A stretch of 64,000 bases of DNA from Eledone cirrhosa (Eukaryota). The translations under genes and the position numbers were made by a program. Shown in pieces: positions 1-12,536 of the stretch; the stretch's first letter is position 1, and every line of letters starts with the position of its first letter. Location: contig OZ024740.1 in NCBI GenBank assembly GCA_964016885.1, forward strand, positions 240,374,001 to 240,438,000, in the 5' to 3' direction. The notes beneath the pieces were generated by a model. It did not search any database. It was not told the DNA's origin and saw nothing but the letters and a program-made list of their open reading frames with translations.

Positions 1-194
1 CCGTCGGTAACAGCAATAGAACAGGTGATTATTTAAATCGTTTTTTAATTTATTTAGAGAATTGTTTGATAACCGCTTGCTCCGCTATTTTTTATATTGT
101 TCTGGTATCTCGAATTAGTACCATTGAACCACAAATATTATAAACACCTTGCATTTTTCTACAAGTACATAGTGCCTGTTGAAGTATTCATCCA

Positions 195-255
<61 letters not shown>

Positions 256-342
256 TAGTAAAAAGGAAAAGAAAATGCTGACAGATTTTTTCCAGTGAAA
301 AACAGTTTAATTAGGAATAAGTATAAATTAGTAATAAGTAAT

Positions 343-431
343 TGTTTCTACGTTAGGCACAAGGCTAGCAATTACCCAGTGTATTACTGGTACTTTATCC
401 GACACTCTACCAATACTGCCAATCCACCGCC
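343..431 (-). mobile_element. tRNA-derived SINE (family ending ...GCCTAAAGTAGAAACA), internally deleted copy with 15-bp TSD
   Basis: Matches other copies in the window (6243, 7165, 23484, 34653, 44098). TSD ttagtaataagtaat at 328-342 and 432-446. Confidence 0.85.
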
Positions 432-596
432 TTAGTAATAAGTAATGGTTAGTATTCAGTGTTAGTTTTAAGTTTATTACCGGTTGCGCATTTCAAATGC
501 TTTTCAAAAATAATTTTGAGATAGAGCGTTCGTGATTTGGTTGGTTGTTGAATGTCACGTGAATAAGCACTATAATTTTGATACATATATATATAC

Positions 597-627
<31 letters not shown>

Positions 628-2034
628 ACAGTTAATTCTTAGTGTACTATACAGCATCGGAGGATAATTTTTAAACGTAATAATAAACATACAATTTTAG
701 TGTCATTGTAAAAAATAAACAAAGTGATCACACCATAGGTTTTATTACACCGGAAGTAGAAATGAGAGGCTGATCTACCGTCTTCTCTTCTTAGAACTTC
801 ATCAGAGATTTGTAACCTATAGCTATTCGTAGTGTGTGTAAATCCAGGCAGTTAATTATTCTTATTGTATAATAACCGATAGTTAATCATGGTGTAATTA
901 AACTGGCCAATTTTCTTTATAATAGTGTGTTACGCTGTAAACGTGAATTAATTAATTTGTTCATAGTACACTACGCAACGTTTTGGGTGAAGTTGAAATG
1001 TAATGTAAAGTATAACGTTGGACTATAGTCCATATATTTTTTCCATTTTTCTATCTTTCTCCATTATATTTGTTCTCCTTTCGCTAAGTTACCACGCACC
1101 ATTTGTGTTTCTTTCTCTTCCTTTTCAGTTGATAAACTTTAGTTTGTAGCATTGTTTTTTTTTTGGGGGGGGGGGTCGACTTTATTTGTGTCATTCGGCG
1201 AAAGTTACAACTTGTCCTGTCTCTACTTGTTTTGTATGAATGAATAGTGATTTTCAGAAATTGACTATCCGTTTTTCCGTTCTTCTATCCTGTGTCCCCT
1301 CCCCCGTTTTGGATATATAGAGAGGGGGAGAGAGATGGAGAGAGAGAGATTAATTAAAAGCCAAACAATGTTTATGATGAGAACATGGTTTTATTAAAAT
1401 ATTGTTTTAAAAGTCTTTTCACAGAGTAGTAAACTTCAAAAGGTCTAGATGCTGATTTAATGAAATGGACTACTCTGTGAAAGGAGTCTTTGAATAAATA
1501 TTATGTTTTCATTGATTGGCTTCGAAATCTCTAGAGTTACAATTATCACAGTGCTTCAAAAATTAAGTCACATATACAAATGTCACGGGAGCTGGATGGT
1601 CTACTTCCTGATCTAATTTCTGCTTCTCGCTTTTGATGACTTATTTATAAAAGAAAATGCGTTTCTAATACTCAAAATTCATTAAACTTTTAGAATAATC
1701 TGTTCAAACAGAGCCTGCGATAAACTGGCGGCAACATGCTCAAGCTAATTTCTAATGGCAGTGTTCTGGTGCTGGTGCTAGCTATTTATGTACAGGTTTG
1801 ACTTCAGTCCTTCGCCGAGTTACATCATTACAATTTCTCCGAACTAATAAACAATCTTTTATGCTGATTTAAGGAAACTAATTTTTCTGCGAAAAATGTC
1901 TTTCAAGACTGGAAATTTTAAATAAAGCCATTTTGATTGGCTTTTACATCATTTTCAAATTTAAAATTATTACCAAGAATTGCCTCAAAATCAAATCATA
2001 TACATGTATATACAAACTCGACGAGTCGTGTATA

Positions 2035-2095
<61 letters not shown>

Positions 2096-2277
2096 ATCAT
2101 CATCATCATCATCGTTTAACGTCGTTTAACGTCCATCTTCCACGCTAGCGGTTTTGTTCCATTTGATGCGGGAATGGTCGGGAGACCGTGTCTCGTTCGT
2201 ACGGAAGTGTCTCTGGCAGGTCCGTACGACACTTCCGTACGAGCGAGACACTCATGTAAACTGTAAAATATATATAT

Positions 2278-2612
2278 AAACAAGAAGTGTATGTCAACAG
2301 GTTAAAATTAACTCCGTTATCATATTCGCTGTTATATATATTTCGGTGATAACCATTATTCAACAACTATGACCTCATCACACAGCTAAAACTTGAACAG
2401 AAAAAACAGAAAAACATAATGATGGAACAAAGTTTACCTCTGTTATTTCGATCTTTTGATATACCTAGTCCTGAAATGTGTTGTTGTTTTCTCAAAGAAC
2501 TGGTGTCGGATGAGGTCATAGCTGTTGAATAATGGTTATAATCGAAATATATATAACAGCGAATATTAACAAATGAAGTTAATTTTAACCTCTTGATTTA
2601 CACTTCTTGTTT
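2278..2612. repeat. Imperfect inverted repeat (~100-bp arms), each arm with a decayed hammerhead; PLE pseudo-LTR-like remnant (family B)
   Basis: Arms ~2278-2378 and ~2509-2612 are reverse complements. The downstream 2615-2705 is homologous to 50690-50778. Confidence 0.7.
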
Positions 2613-2820
2613 TTAAATTACTCGGGAGTAAACAGACCTACCTGCGCACTTCATTGAGTGCTCTATCCTGCATACTGAAGTGTCGGCAACTAACTAACAT
2701 TGAGCTATTTCTCTTACTGGTAATAAGGTAGTAGAAATTACTGACCTTTCCTGTTTATAGTTGTTTATAGTATATACATAACTATAAATAGTATTATTAT
2801 TATATATATACATATATATA

Positions 2821-3827
2821 CGAGGGAGGGGTTCAAAAATTATAGGCTCTCTTTTTTCTGTAATTTATTGAAACAAAAGCAGATTTTCGGCTGGCCGCGC
2901 AACCATTTATGCACCACTTCCAACGCTTCTTAGTCCGTAGCGAATTGACTTCCTCGTAAAGGTTGTTTGGGCGGTCCAAAACGCTGATAGTCATAGGTGA
3001 GATGTGGACTGTATGCAAGATGTTCCATAACTTGAGACCCAATTTTCAATGCTTTCCGTGGGGTTGGCGGCCGTATGTGGGCATGCATTGTCGGGCAATA
3101 ATAACAATCGCTTTGACTACGGACCTCCGCGTTTGGTTCAAATTGCTGGTTTCGGTTTGCTGGCCAGCACTTCACTGGTGATTGTAGACCCCTTTTGCAT
3201 CCCAATAGACAGTTAGCATCGTGTTTTCTGCGGAAGGTTGGGTCTCGAATTTCTTTTTCGCTGGCTATCCCGGGTGTTTACAACCCATACTCTGCCTTTG
3301 GGATTTTGGTTCAAAGTGATGGACCTATGTCTCATTTTCTGTGACTATTTCCTCTCCAAAATAGCTTCGCTTTCATCGATGTAGCGGTCGAGTAAGCGTT
3401 GACAAATCTCCACACGATTGCATTTATACGCTTCAGTAAGCTCTATTGGCAACCATCATGCACAGACTTTACGGAAGGGAAGCTAGTCGTGGATGATTTC
3501 GTATCAGAACCATGACTAATTTCCAGTGAACATGCCTCCCTCCCCATTGATTCTCACTCATCGGTTCGCCTGAACCATCTCTCGAGCTTGTTGAATCTTC
3601 ACATCAGTGGTGGAGGTTGATGGGTGTCCTACTCCCACTTCTTACTTAAAGCTTGTCCGGCCATTTTAAAACTTCTCAATCCACTTATACCCACTTCTAC
3701 GCAATAGACCGCTGTCCCCGTATTGTACTGAAAGCCTGCGATGAATTTCAGACACACCTTCAGATTAGAGAAATCGGATAACTGATCCCTGTTCTTCCTT
3801 AGTACACATGGCTAGCGGAGCGGCCAT
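2821..3827 (-). pseudogene. Mariner-type (Tc1/mariner) transposase pseudogene
   Basis: Minus strand starts MAAPLAMCTKEEQGSVIRFL*SEGV (ATG at 3827). C-terminal part reads EHLAYSPHL..DYQRFGPPKQPLRGSQFATD, a decayed YSPDLAP.D motif. TA|CGAGGG..TCAAAAA TIR-like end at 2821. Stops and frameshifts present; second TIR not found. Confidence 0.85.
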
Positions 3828-4101
3828 GTTTACCCGATATCACAAGAAATAAAACTGGGCGATCAAGGTCAAACCTCGGTTACATAACCACGAGAGTGAC
3901 ACATTTTAGCATGCAAGCGTTGAAAGCAGTGCAGCCAACATTAAGAAAGTTTGGAAAAAGTGCGATTAATGTTTTACTTCCTTTCGTACGACTGAATACG
4001 CACATGTGTCTATATTTTCTCCCCAATTTTCTTTTGTCATTTTCTCCGTTCCTTCCTCTCATCACTCTTTACTTTCTATTTATCATTTATTTCTAATTCT
4101 A

Positions 4102-4137
4102 TCTTCTGATGAAGGACTAGTATCCGAAACGTTAAAA
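4102..4137 (+). ncRNA. Minimal hammerhead ribozyme motif (family A)
   Basis: tctt-CTGATGA-a-gga ctagta tcc-GAAA-cg-TT-aaaa. Lies in a ~165-bp repeat (4060-4225) also found at 8495-8663, 54775-54935(-) and 59105-59168(-, partial). Confidence 0.7.
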
Positions 4138-4228
4138 TTCCCTTCCTGCTATTTCAAGCGTTAAACTAATATATTTCTTCCTTGTACTGTGCCGTTTGTT
4201 TTGTTATTTTTGTTATTAATTTTACATA

Positions 4229-4345
<117 letters not shown>

Positions 4346-6242
4346 AGGGACCCATAATCAAAATATTTTCAACCATAACTATTGCATTTTTCCATGCATG
4401 ATTTGTATTAACACAATATTGCATGAAGTCTCCCATTTTTTTTTTTTTTTTTTTAAGACAAGATTTGCAAAAAATACTTGCTTTCTGCTTTTAATAGATT
4501 GACCATGTTGGGATTCCTTCGTTGGCATGTCATCCATTAGTAATTGAAGATGAAGAAATATGAAATTTATTTTTAGAATTTTGTACTTGAAGTTCATAAT
4601 TGAAAATTTAACCGTGCCAGCTATAACATTTAACATCTGAATATAAAGCACGCCTCTATCTACGTCTTTAATATATTAGAAACTTTGTAAACTCTGGCCA
4701 TGCTGGAACACAGCTTTATATCCTGTAAATTGCTTTGTTCAGTGTTTATATATCTGTGTTTTTCAATAATTCTGTATGAATGTTCGTAGTTGTGCCTGTA
4801 CGTCTATATATAATAGTGTATGTATGTATGACATTGATCATGTATAATAAAATGTATATATGTACATATCTCATTTAGTAAATATATATTAATAATTAAA
4901 TCTAGTAGCAGAAAAACCACCCTTCGGGTGGTTTTCTGCTAGTATGTGTAGTGTGTATGTTGATATTATACGCAGGTATATATACATGTAGATATGATAC
5001 ATCAAATAAAATCGTAATTGACAATATAAACAGAAATTGAACGAAGACGTTGTGACACTGTCTTATGTAATCAGTAACGTAATCCATGATACATTTAAAA
5101 AAAAAAGACGATATTATATATAAACTGCATTAGGAAAAAATTAGTGACAGAAAATTAGTATGTTTATTTAAGTGATCGCTACCGGAAGTGTTGACATCAC
5201 ACACTCTCTCTTTCTATATATATATATATGGTAGTTGAAGTGGTGGTGGTGGCAACGATATACCGGAAGTGCAACTTTGAAAAGAAGTCAATTTTAAATT
5301 ATTTATTTTTACGAAATTATTTTTGTTTACGAAATTTAGTAGATAAATTATGTAATATTCATTCATTATTTATTCAAAGTAATCCAACTTATTTTACTAA
5401 CGTGATAAAAAAAATAAACCGTACGCAGTCCCGCAGACCTTACTTTATTATAGTTTAAATTGATATGAAAATTACACGAAATATTGCGAAACAGATTAAA
5501 TAACAAATATATATTCACCAGCGTGACCTCCCTTCATTGAGTAAATTATATGATGCATATGTGTGTGCGCGCACGTGTGTGAGTGTGTGTGCGTATGTGT
5601 ATGTGTGAGTGTATGTGTGAGTGTGTGTTTGTGAGTGTATGTGTGTCTGTGCATACGTGCGTTTGTCTGTATGTGTGTGAGTGTGTATGTGTGTGTGTAT
5701 GTGTATGTGTGAGTGTGTGTTTGTGGAACACTTTTTCATTCAACATGTTATATTAAAAACACGATTCTGTTCGTGTTTAATATTTTTTCATTAATGTTTT
5801 GTTTTTTTTCATATTTCCTTATTAGTCGTTTATTTTTAATATTTTTAAAGCGTTCTCATCACCTGATTGAAATTATGATAGTGACATGTTACGGTGTTTT
5901 TCTAGTCGTCAGCAAGGGATCATGGAAATTATGTAACTGATAAAATGCTCGTCACCAGATTTATAAACGTCTTCTTTAATATATTAGAAACTTTGTAAAC
6001 TCTGGATCTGCTGGAACACAGCTTTATATACTTTGTTCAGTGTTTATATATCTGTTTTTGAATGATTCTGTATGAATGTTCGACTGCTTACTTTCATAGT
6101 TTATTTCACAACTATTGTATTTATGTGCTAATTATTGGTTTTTATTTTGCTATAATGCTTCCATTTTTTTGTGGAAACGTATAGTTTGGTAGTGTTTTAA
6201 ACAACGGTTTATCTAGTTTGGTTTCGTATTCTATATTATAAT

Positions 6243-6392
6243 TGTTTCTACTTTGGCACAAGGCCAGCAATTATCCCAGTACATTACTGGTACTTTATTT
6301 TATCGACCCCGTAAGGATGAAAGGCAAAGTGAACCTCGGTGGACGTAACTCTATGCTGCAAAGCATGGCGTCTGACCTACCGATACTGCCAA
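6243..6392 (-). mobile_element. tRNA-derived SINE copy
   Basis: Contains the family core (rc of ctttgcctttcatccttacggggtcgataaaataaagtaccag) and the 3' end gtagaaaca. Confidence 0.85.
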
Positions 6393-6499
6393 TGTGCTGT
6401 GATAGTCAACCAATGGGAAAATATCGTACTTATGTGTCAAATATACCAGTTTTAGTCCAAATTGTTTAAAACAGAAGGAAGTTGAGCTCCAATTATTTC

Positions 6500-7620
6500 T
6501 CCCAAGACTCTTAACAATAAATGAATAATAAAATTTGATGACAAACTGCCAGGCTTATTTGGATGTGAAGGCAATAAACAGAAATATAAACACAGCAACA
6601 AAAGCGTATTTCTAGAGAATCTTAAATTAACTCTGCAGGATATTAAAATCAATAATAAAATTGTAATATATAAAATCGATAAGAGTAATCTGTATTTTGT
6701 GAACAAATATGAATACATTGCAAACATTAATAATACATTATATGACAACATCAAATCCGTCAAAACTGCACAGCTAGAATTTAAACTCAATTAATTCGTT
6801 ACTGCTGAAAACGTACAAATAGGATCTATTCCTTTCCAATTCATAGGAGAGATTAGTCAAACACGCATGGTACCATAAAATCTCACAAACAAAATAAGCT
6901 CTTTCGGTCTATAATCTCCCAAACCAACACCCTAACTCATAGAATTACCAAGCAATTAGAATTATTTAAAATGTACACCATAGAAATATAATATACGCTT
7001 ATTGAGTAATTTCGTAGAAAGTTTACTAGAAACTGCCGAATTGGCAATATTTCCGCTGAAGACGTAGACAACCTCTTTACGAATGTGCCTGTAAGAGAAT
7101 TTTTGGGCATAATATTAGCTCACAATAAACTCACCTAATATAATAAGGAACATTATTAGAAAGTTGAGGTTGACTTTGCCTTTCATCCTTACGGGGTCGA
7201 TAAAATAAAGTACCAGTAATACACTGGGTAATTGCTGGCTTTGTGCCTAAAGTAGAAACAATTATTAGAAAGTAGCTGCTAGCCTGCACAACCTATGTTC
7301 CTTTCCGTTGCACAAAGGACGGAATGACTGTGGCCGGCACACATTTGTGACATTCTACATGGTTAGCGCTAATAAACAGAATTATTCCTGGACATAATTC
7401 CAACATATTCATTGTGACAGCTATTGAAGTACAGGCAGATCGACTTAAAGATTTCGAAAATAATTCCATCTTCAAATTAACAATTTGACATAGCTCTACT
7501 CTCAATTCAGACCCCCAAACCACCCAATTCTTTAACAGAGGAAGAAATAAAATAACTCAGAAAGAAATAAAAACTCATACAGCACCTCGATATAGAGAGA
7601 AAACACCACAAAATGCCAAT
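6500..7620 (+). pseudogene. Highly decayed Penelope-like reverse transcriptase remnant, interrupted by a SINE
   Basis: gac gta gac aac ctc ttt acg aat gtg cct gta at ~7061-7093 = DVDNLFTNVPV, matching the PLE RT motif DVxSLFTNVP. The rest has many stops; boundaries approximate. Confidence 0.55.
7165..7260 (+). mobile_element. 5'-truncated SINE with 13-bp TSD
   Basis: TSD attattagaaagt at 7152-7164 and 7261-7273. Confidence 0.9.
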
Positions 7621-7831
7621 ATATGCAAGAGGATATTGAGTATTCCGGTAAACGTAAAATGTCTGAAGTTATTTATGTCTATGTTCCCGTAACTACTGAT
7701 AGATTCGTAGGGGTGCCGTATTGACATACTGCGTTTGTTGGGCATTTTAAGCCGGGCGGAGCCCATCTCTCTCAAGTCCTGAGTACAACAGATTTCTTCC
7801 AGAGAAAGATAGAAAGTAAGATATAGAGAAA

Positions 7832-7990
7832 GAATCGACCCCGGTACCAGACTGGTACTTTTTTATCGGCCTAGAAAGGATGAAAGGTAAAGTTGACCTC
7901 GGTGGGATTTAAACTCAGAGAGCAGAAAGCCGGAACGAATAACATAAAGCATTCTATCCGACGTTCTAACGACTCTTCCAATTCGCCGCC
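7832..7990 (-). mobile_element. Older tRNA-derived SINE of the same superfamily
   Basis: ggtactttttttatcg..aaaggatgaaaggtaaagttgacctcggtgggatttaaactcaga resembles the core of the other copies. Confidence 0.7.
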
Positions 7991-8358
7991 TATGTCTGCA
8001 GTTATATTCCTTCTTAAAAGAAACTTTAAATAGAAAAATCATAAGAGTTAACCAGGCACTAGTTGAGCATGGATAATTGAATGAGTTAGTAGTAGACCAA
8101 ACTGTGGAAGAATACAGGAACAAGTCTCTCCGACCTTACCCCATACACACATATACAATTGACGCAACATCCACTCAAAACAAACATATGTGACACATCT
8201 AACCACAAATATTTAGAGTATATTACTAAATCACCACTATTAAAATGCTTCTCATCAACTTGGAACCTCAAACCGGCTGGTCACAGAAACGTTCTTCAGA
8301 CAACAAATACAATGTATAAGTTTCAATTGAAAATATAACACAAATAACATATGCGAAT

Positions 8359-8458
<100 letters not shown>

Positions 8459-8462
8459 ACAC

Positions 8463-8499
<37 letters not shown>

Positions 8500-8541
8500 C
8501 CACTCCACCCGTCCCTTCAATCTATCTAATTTCTCATTCTT

Positions 8542-8577
8542 TCTTATGATGAAGGACTAACGTCCGAAACGTTAAGA
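8542..8577 (+). ncRNA. Hammerhead motif, family A (C3 mutated)
   Basis: tctt-ATGATGA-a-ggac taac gtcc-GAAA-cg-TT-aaga; stem I tctt/aaga, stem II ggac/gtcc. Confidence 0.6.
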
Positions 8578-8687
8578 CCCTCTTCCTGCTATTTCAAACG
8601 TTAACCTAATATATTACTTCTATATACTGTACCGATTGTGTTGTTGTTTCTGTTTACCTTTTAAACACACACACACACATACACACA

Positions 8688-8771
<84 letters not shown>

Positions 8772-9246
8772 ATCAAAATGTCGAGTTAAAAACTCTCAAT
8801 AATCCCTTATATGTATAATGATAAACTTAGGAAAATTAACAGACAGAACAAGACAACGAACGAAAACAAGGCTAAAACGAAAAACAATCAGTTTAGAGGG
8901 AAACTTAAAAAATTGTTTTTTTTAAAAATAAAAATACAAATGAACTCCAGTGACATCGGCCGTTGAGGTGGACTTTGGCAGTTTCGATCCCTACCAACCG
9001 TACTGATAATACACCTGGGGTCACAGCCAAACGCTGTCTAGTGGAGTAAGAGAGAGGAAAGACAAAACATTCATTTATAGCAATTAAGCTATAACAAGTA
9101 CACACAGAATTTATGTGACATCAAGAAAAAGTTTGGTGCTTCTCGAGGATGGAAAGAAAGGAAAAGGAAGTCTGCGGTGCTGAGACCATAGAGACTACAA
9201 ATCAGGGGAGTACTCTATGCATGGGAAAGAACAGAATCAGTATAGA

Positions 9247-9372
9247 GGGAAGTAAAATCCCGACCGCGACGCCAAGTGATTTCGTCTTGTATTCGGAAAC
9301 TGCACCCTCGTAAAGGTTTGCCGAATACAAGCCAAGGGTGCTTGGCGTCACGGTCAAGTTTTTACCTTCCCC
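9247..9372. repeat. GC-rich fold-back / MITE-like inverted repeat
   Basis: gaccgcgacgccaag..cttgtattcgg pairs with ccgaatacaag..cttggcgtcacggtc; outer arms gggaagtaaaa / ttttaccttccc. Confidence 0.6.
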
Positions 9373-9376
9373 TCCC

Positions 9377-9426
<50 letters not shown>

Positions 9427-9508
9427 ATTAGCCCGATCTCTTGACAGGTAATAACTGCGTAGTTAGACTTCTGTGATGGTAGCTGGTCTTTTTTCTGATT
9501 TGGCGCTT

Positions 9509-9621
<113 letters not shown>

Positions 9622-9862
9622 GCGTGTGCGTGTGTTTGATGTATGTGTGTGTGTGTGTCTATGTGCGCATTTGACTGTGTTTACGTTTACAGTTTGTTTA
9701 TGTTCCATAAGATTGTGGCTCGGCAAGAAAGAAATCGATAAAATAAGTACCAGACATGGAACATTAGCACTGAAATCGATATGATTGACTAATGCGGTAC
9801 CCCAGCATTGTTGCAGTTTGAAAGCTGAAACCAGTAAAAGAATAAAAGAATTTTTGTATATA

Positions 9863-9964
9863 CAGAGTGTCCCCCCAAAATGTATACAACACTCCAACAG
9901 CATTCTAATAAATATTGCCCGTACAGGTAATCAAAGTGTGTATACATTTTTAGGGGACACCCTG
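9863..9964. mobile_element. Tc1/mariner-type MITE (TIR CAGGGTGTCCC..AAAATGTATACA, TA TSD)
   Basis: TA-cagagtgtccccccaaaatgtataca ... tgtatacatttttaggggacaccctg-TA. Related copies at 31038-31117 and 57074-57172. Confidence 0.8.
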
Positions 9965-10028
9965 TATATACGTATATATACATACACACATACATATATA
10001 TATACATATACATATATATATATACACA

Positions 10029-10091
<63 letters not shown>

Positions 10092-10219
10092 TATAATATA
10101 TATATATACTGTGTATATATATATATATACTGTATATATACATATATATATACTGTGTATATATATATATACTTTATATATACATATTTATATATATATA
10201 TATATATATATATACTGTG

Positions 10220-10250
<31 letters not shown>

Positions 10251-10260
10251 TGTGTATATA

Positions 10261-10342
<82 letters not shown>

Positions 10343-10343
10343 C

Positions 10344-10432
<89 letters not shown>

Positions 10433-10435
<3 letters not shown>

Positions 10436-10573
10436 TGTTATATTTTGGGAGGGTCATGTTGAAAGCAACTGGTGCGTGTGTTTCTTATTGGCAACATGAC
10501 CCTCCCAAAGTATAACAATATCGGTTTCAACACACGATTTCAGATAAAGAATCTTGCTAAACAAATTCAGAAA

Positions 10574-10577
<4 letters not shown>
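10433..10577. repeat. Fold-back remnant related to the terminal repeat of the PLE at 41361-43687, embedded in (TA)n
   Basis: Arms 10433-10461 and 10492-10520. atgaccctcccaaagtataacaatatcggtttcaacacacgatttca is homologous to the rc of 41395-41440. Confidence 0.75.
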
Positions 10578-10629
<52 letters not shown>

Positions 10630-11024
10630 GACTCCTTTGCCGCCAGGATAAAACTCGTTGACAACGTAAACTCCATTCCACTTATTCTAGTAGGCTTTTA
10701 TATTTATATGTGAGCTGATAGAGTACTGTCTAAGGATTTACAGAAACCCATGAAGCTAGATTTAACACCTTTCTAGTGGGTCCGGGTATGATTTTACATT
10801 CATTTAAATTATTGACGTATTGTTTTATTGATATTTTTTATCTGTTTGGCCCGAATCTTCCTTTATCGATTTTAAATCGTATGGTTGATTGTAGACTTGT
10901 TCTATAATTGACGGTATTTTAACGATAGTTATAGCTCTGATTCATCTGAATTATTGAGCCCTCTGCCGCTCATATCGGATTTCGTTTTTCGTTAACTCGT
11001 GCGCCGATTTTTCGATACTCGATC

Positions 11025-11451
<427 letters not shown>

Positions 11452-11481
11452 TATGTTTTGAAACAGCGTGAGAGTTTGAAA

Positions 11482-11730
11482 CTAGAAATAGAAGCTTTTG
11501 CCGTATCTTTTTACTAAAGAAATTTTATCCTGATAGTGGCGTTTAGAATCCTCTAAGAATGGAAAAGGATGTGTTGGTGTAATGGTAACACAGTGGTGTG
11601 GATAACCAAAGATGTGGGTTCGACTCCTATGTACGTCAATACTTATCTTTTTTCCATTTCTTAGAGGGGTTCTAAACCCCACTAACAGGCTAAATTTTCT
11701 GTAGACAATATATATATTCTATTTTTCTAG
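11482..11730. mobile_element. Fold-back element (~85-bp imperfect arms, CTAG termini) enclosing a tRNA-like gene
   Basis: agaaattttatcctgatagtggcgtttagaatcctctaagaatggaaaa (11519-11567) vs ttttccatttcttagaggggttctaaaccccactaacaggctaaattttct (11650-11700); outer arms ctagaaatagaa / ttctatttttctag. Confidence 0.65.
11568..11638 (+). tRNA. tRNA-like cloverleaf (pseudo-tRNA; non-canonical anticodon loop GTGGATA)
   Basis: Acceptor gatgtgt/gtacgtc (with GU pairs), D arm gtgt-aatggta-acac, anticodon stem tggt/acca, T arm gtggg-ttcgact-cctat. A and B boxes intact; T6 run ~10 nt downstream. Confidence 0.6.
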
Positions 11731-11823
11731 GGCGGGTAAAATTCCCGAGATCCATGGACGAGTTCTCTCCAGCGGTCTCTGTCCCTCATTATCGCTGCCA
11801 TGTCCTTCGTCTCCAACAGACCA

Positions 11824-11928
<105 letters not shown>

Positions 11929-12376
11929 TATGCATGCATGCATTCATGTATATATGTAGATGTGTGGCTGTGTGTATATACATATATACAGGTGGGAAGG
12001 GAGAGATGAAAATAAACTAGTAAGATTGACACACAAAGAAGGAGAGGTTATATCTACAGGCGAAACGCACGCCCAAATCTGTCCTGCTTATATATATATT
12101 TCGTAATCTGATACAGTATGTGGAGAAGTCTACTCCGTTAATATAGATACTCTGCCAATAATAGCAATATTTAAAGAAATAAAAATAGTGTCTATCAGGC
12201 AATTTCATAAACCATTTGCTGCTGAGCGTTCTGGGGAAATCCTTATAGTGACGTCATTAGACATCATATGACGTTAATAAACTATAACAGGGTTTCAAGA
12301 CTGAATTCATTATCAACTCTTTATCTTATTTATTAATATTTTCCTAAATTAAAGCAGCTATCGGTCCTGCCTTACA

Positions 12377-12453
<77 letters not shown>

Positions 12454-12536
12454 GCACGCGCGCGCACAGACGCACACACACACGCACACATTAACACACA
12501 GGTAGATAGATAGATATCTTTCATAGATAGATAGAT

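Noticed and set aside
4905-4941. Rho-independent terminator-like hairpin
   Set aside because: Eukaryotic repeat context with no bacterial gene upstream.
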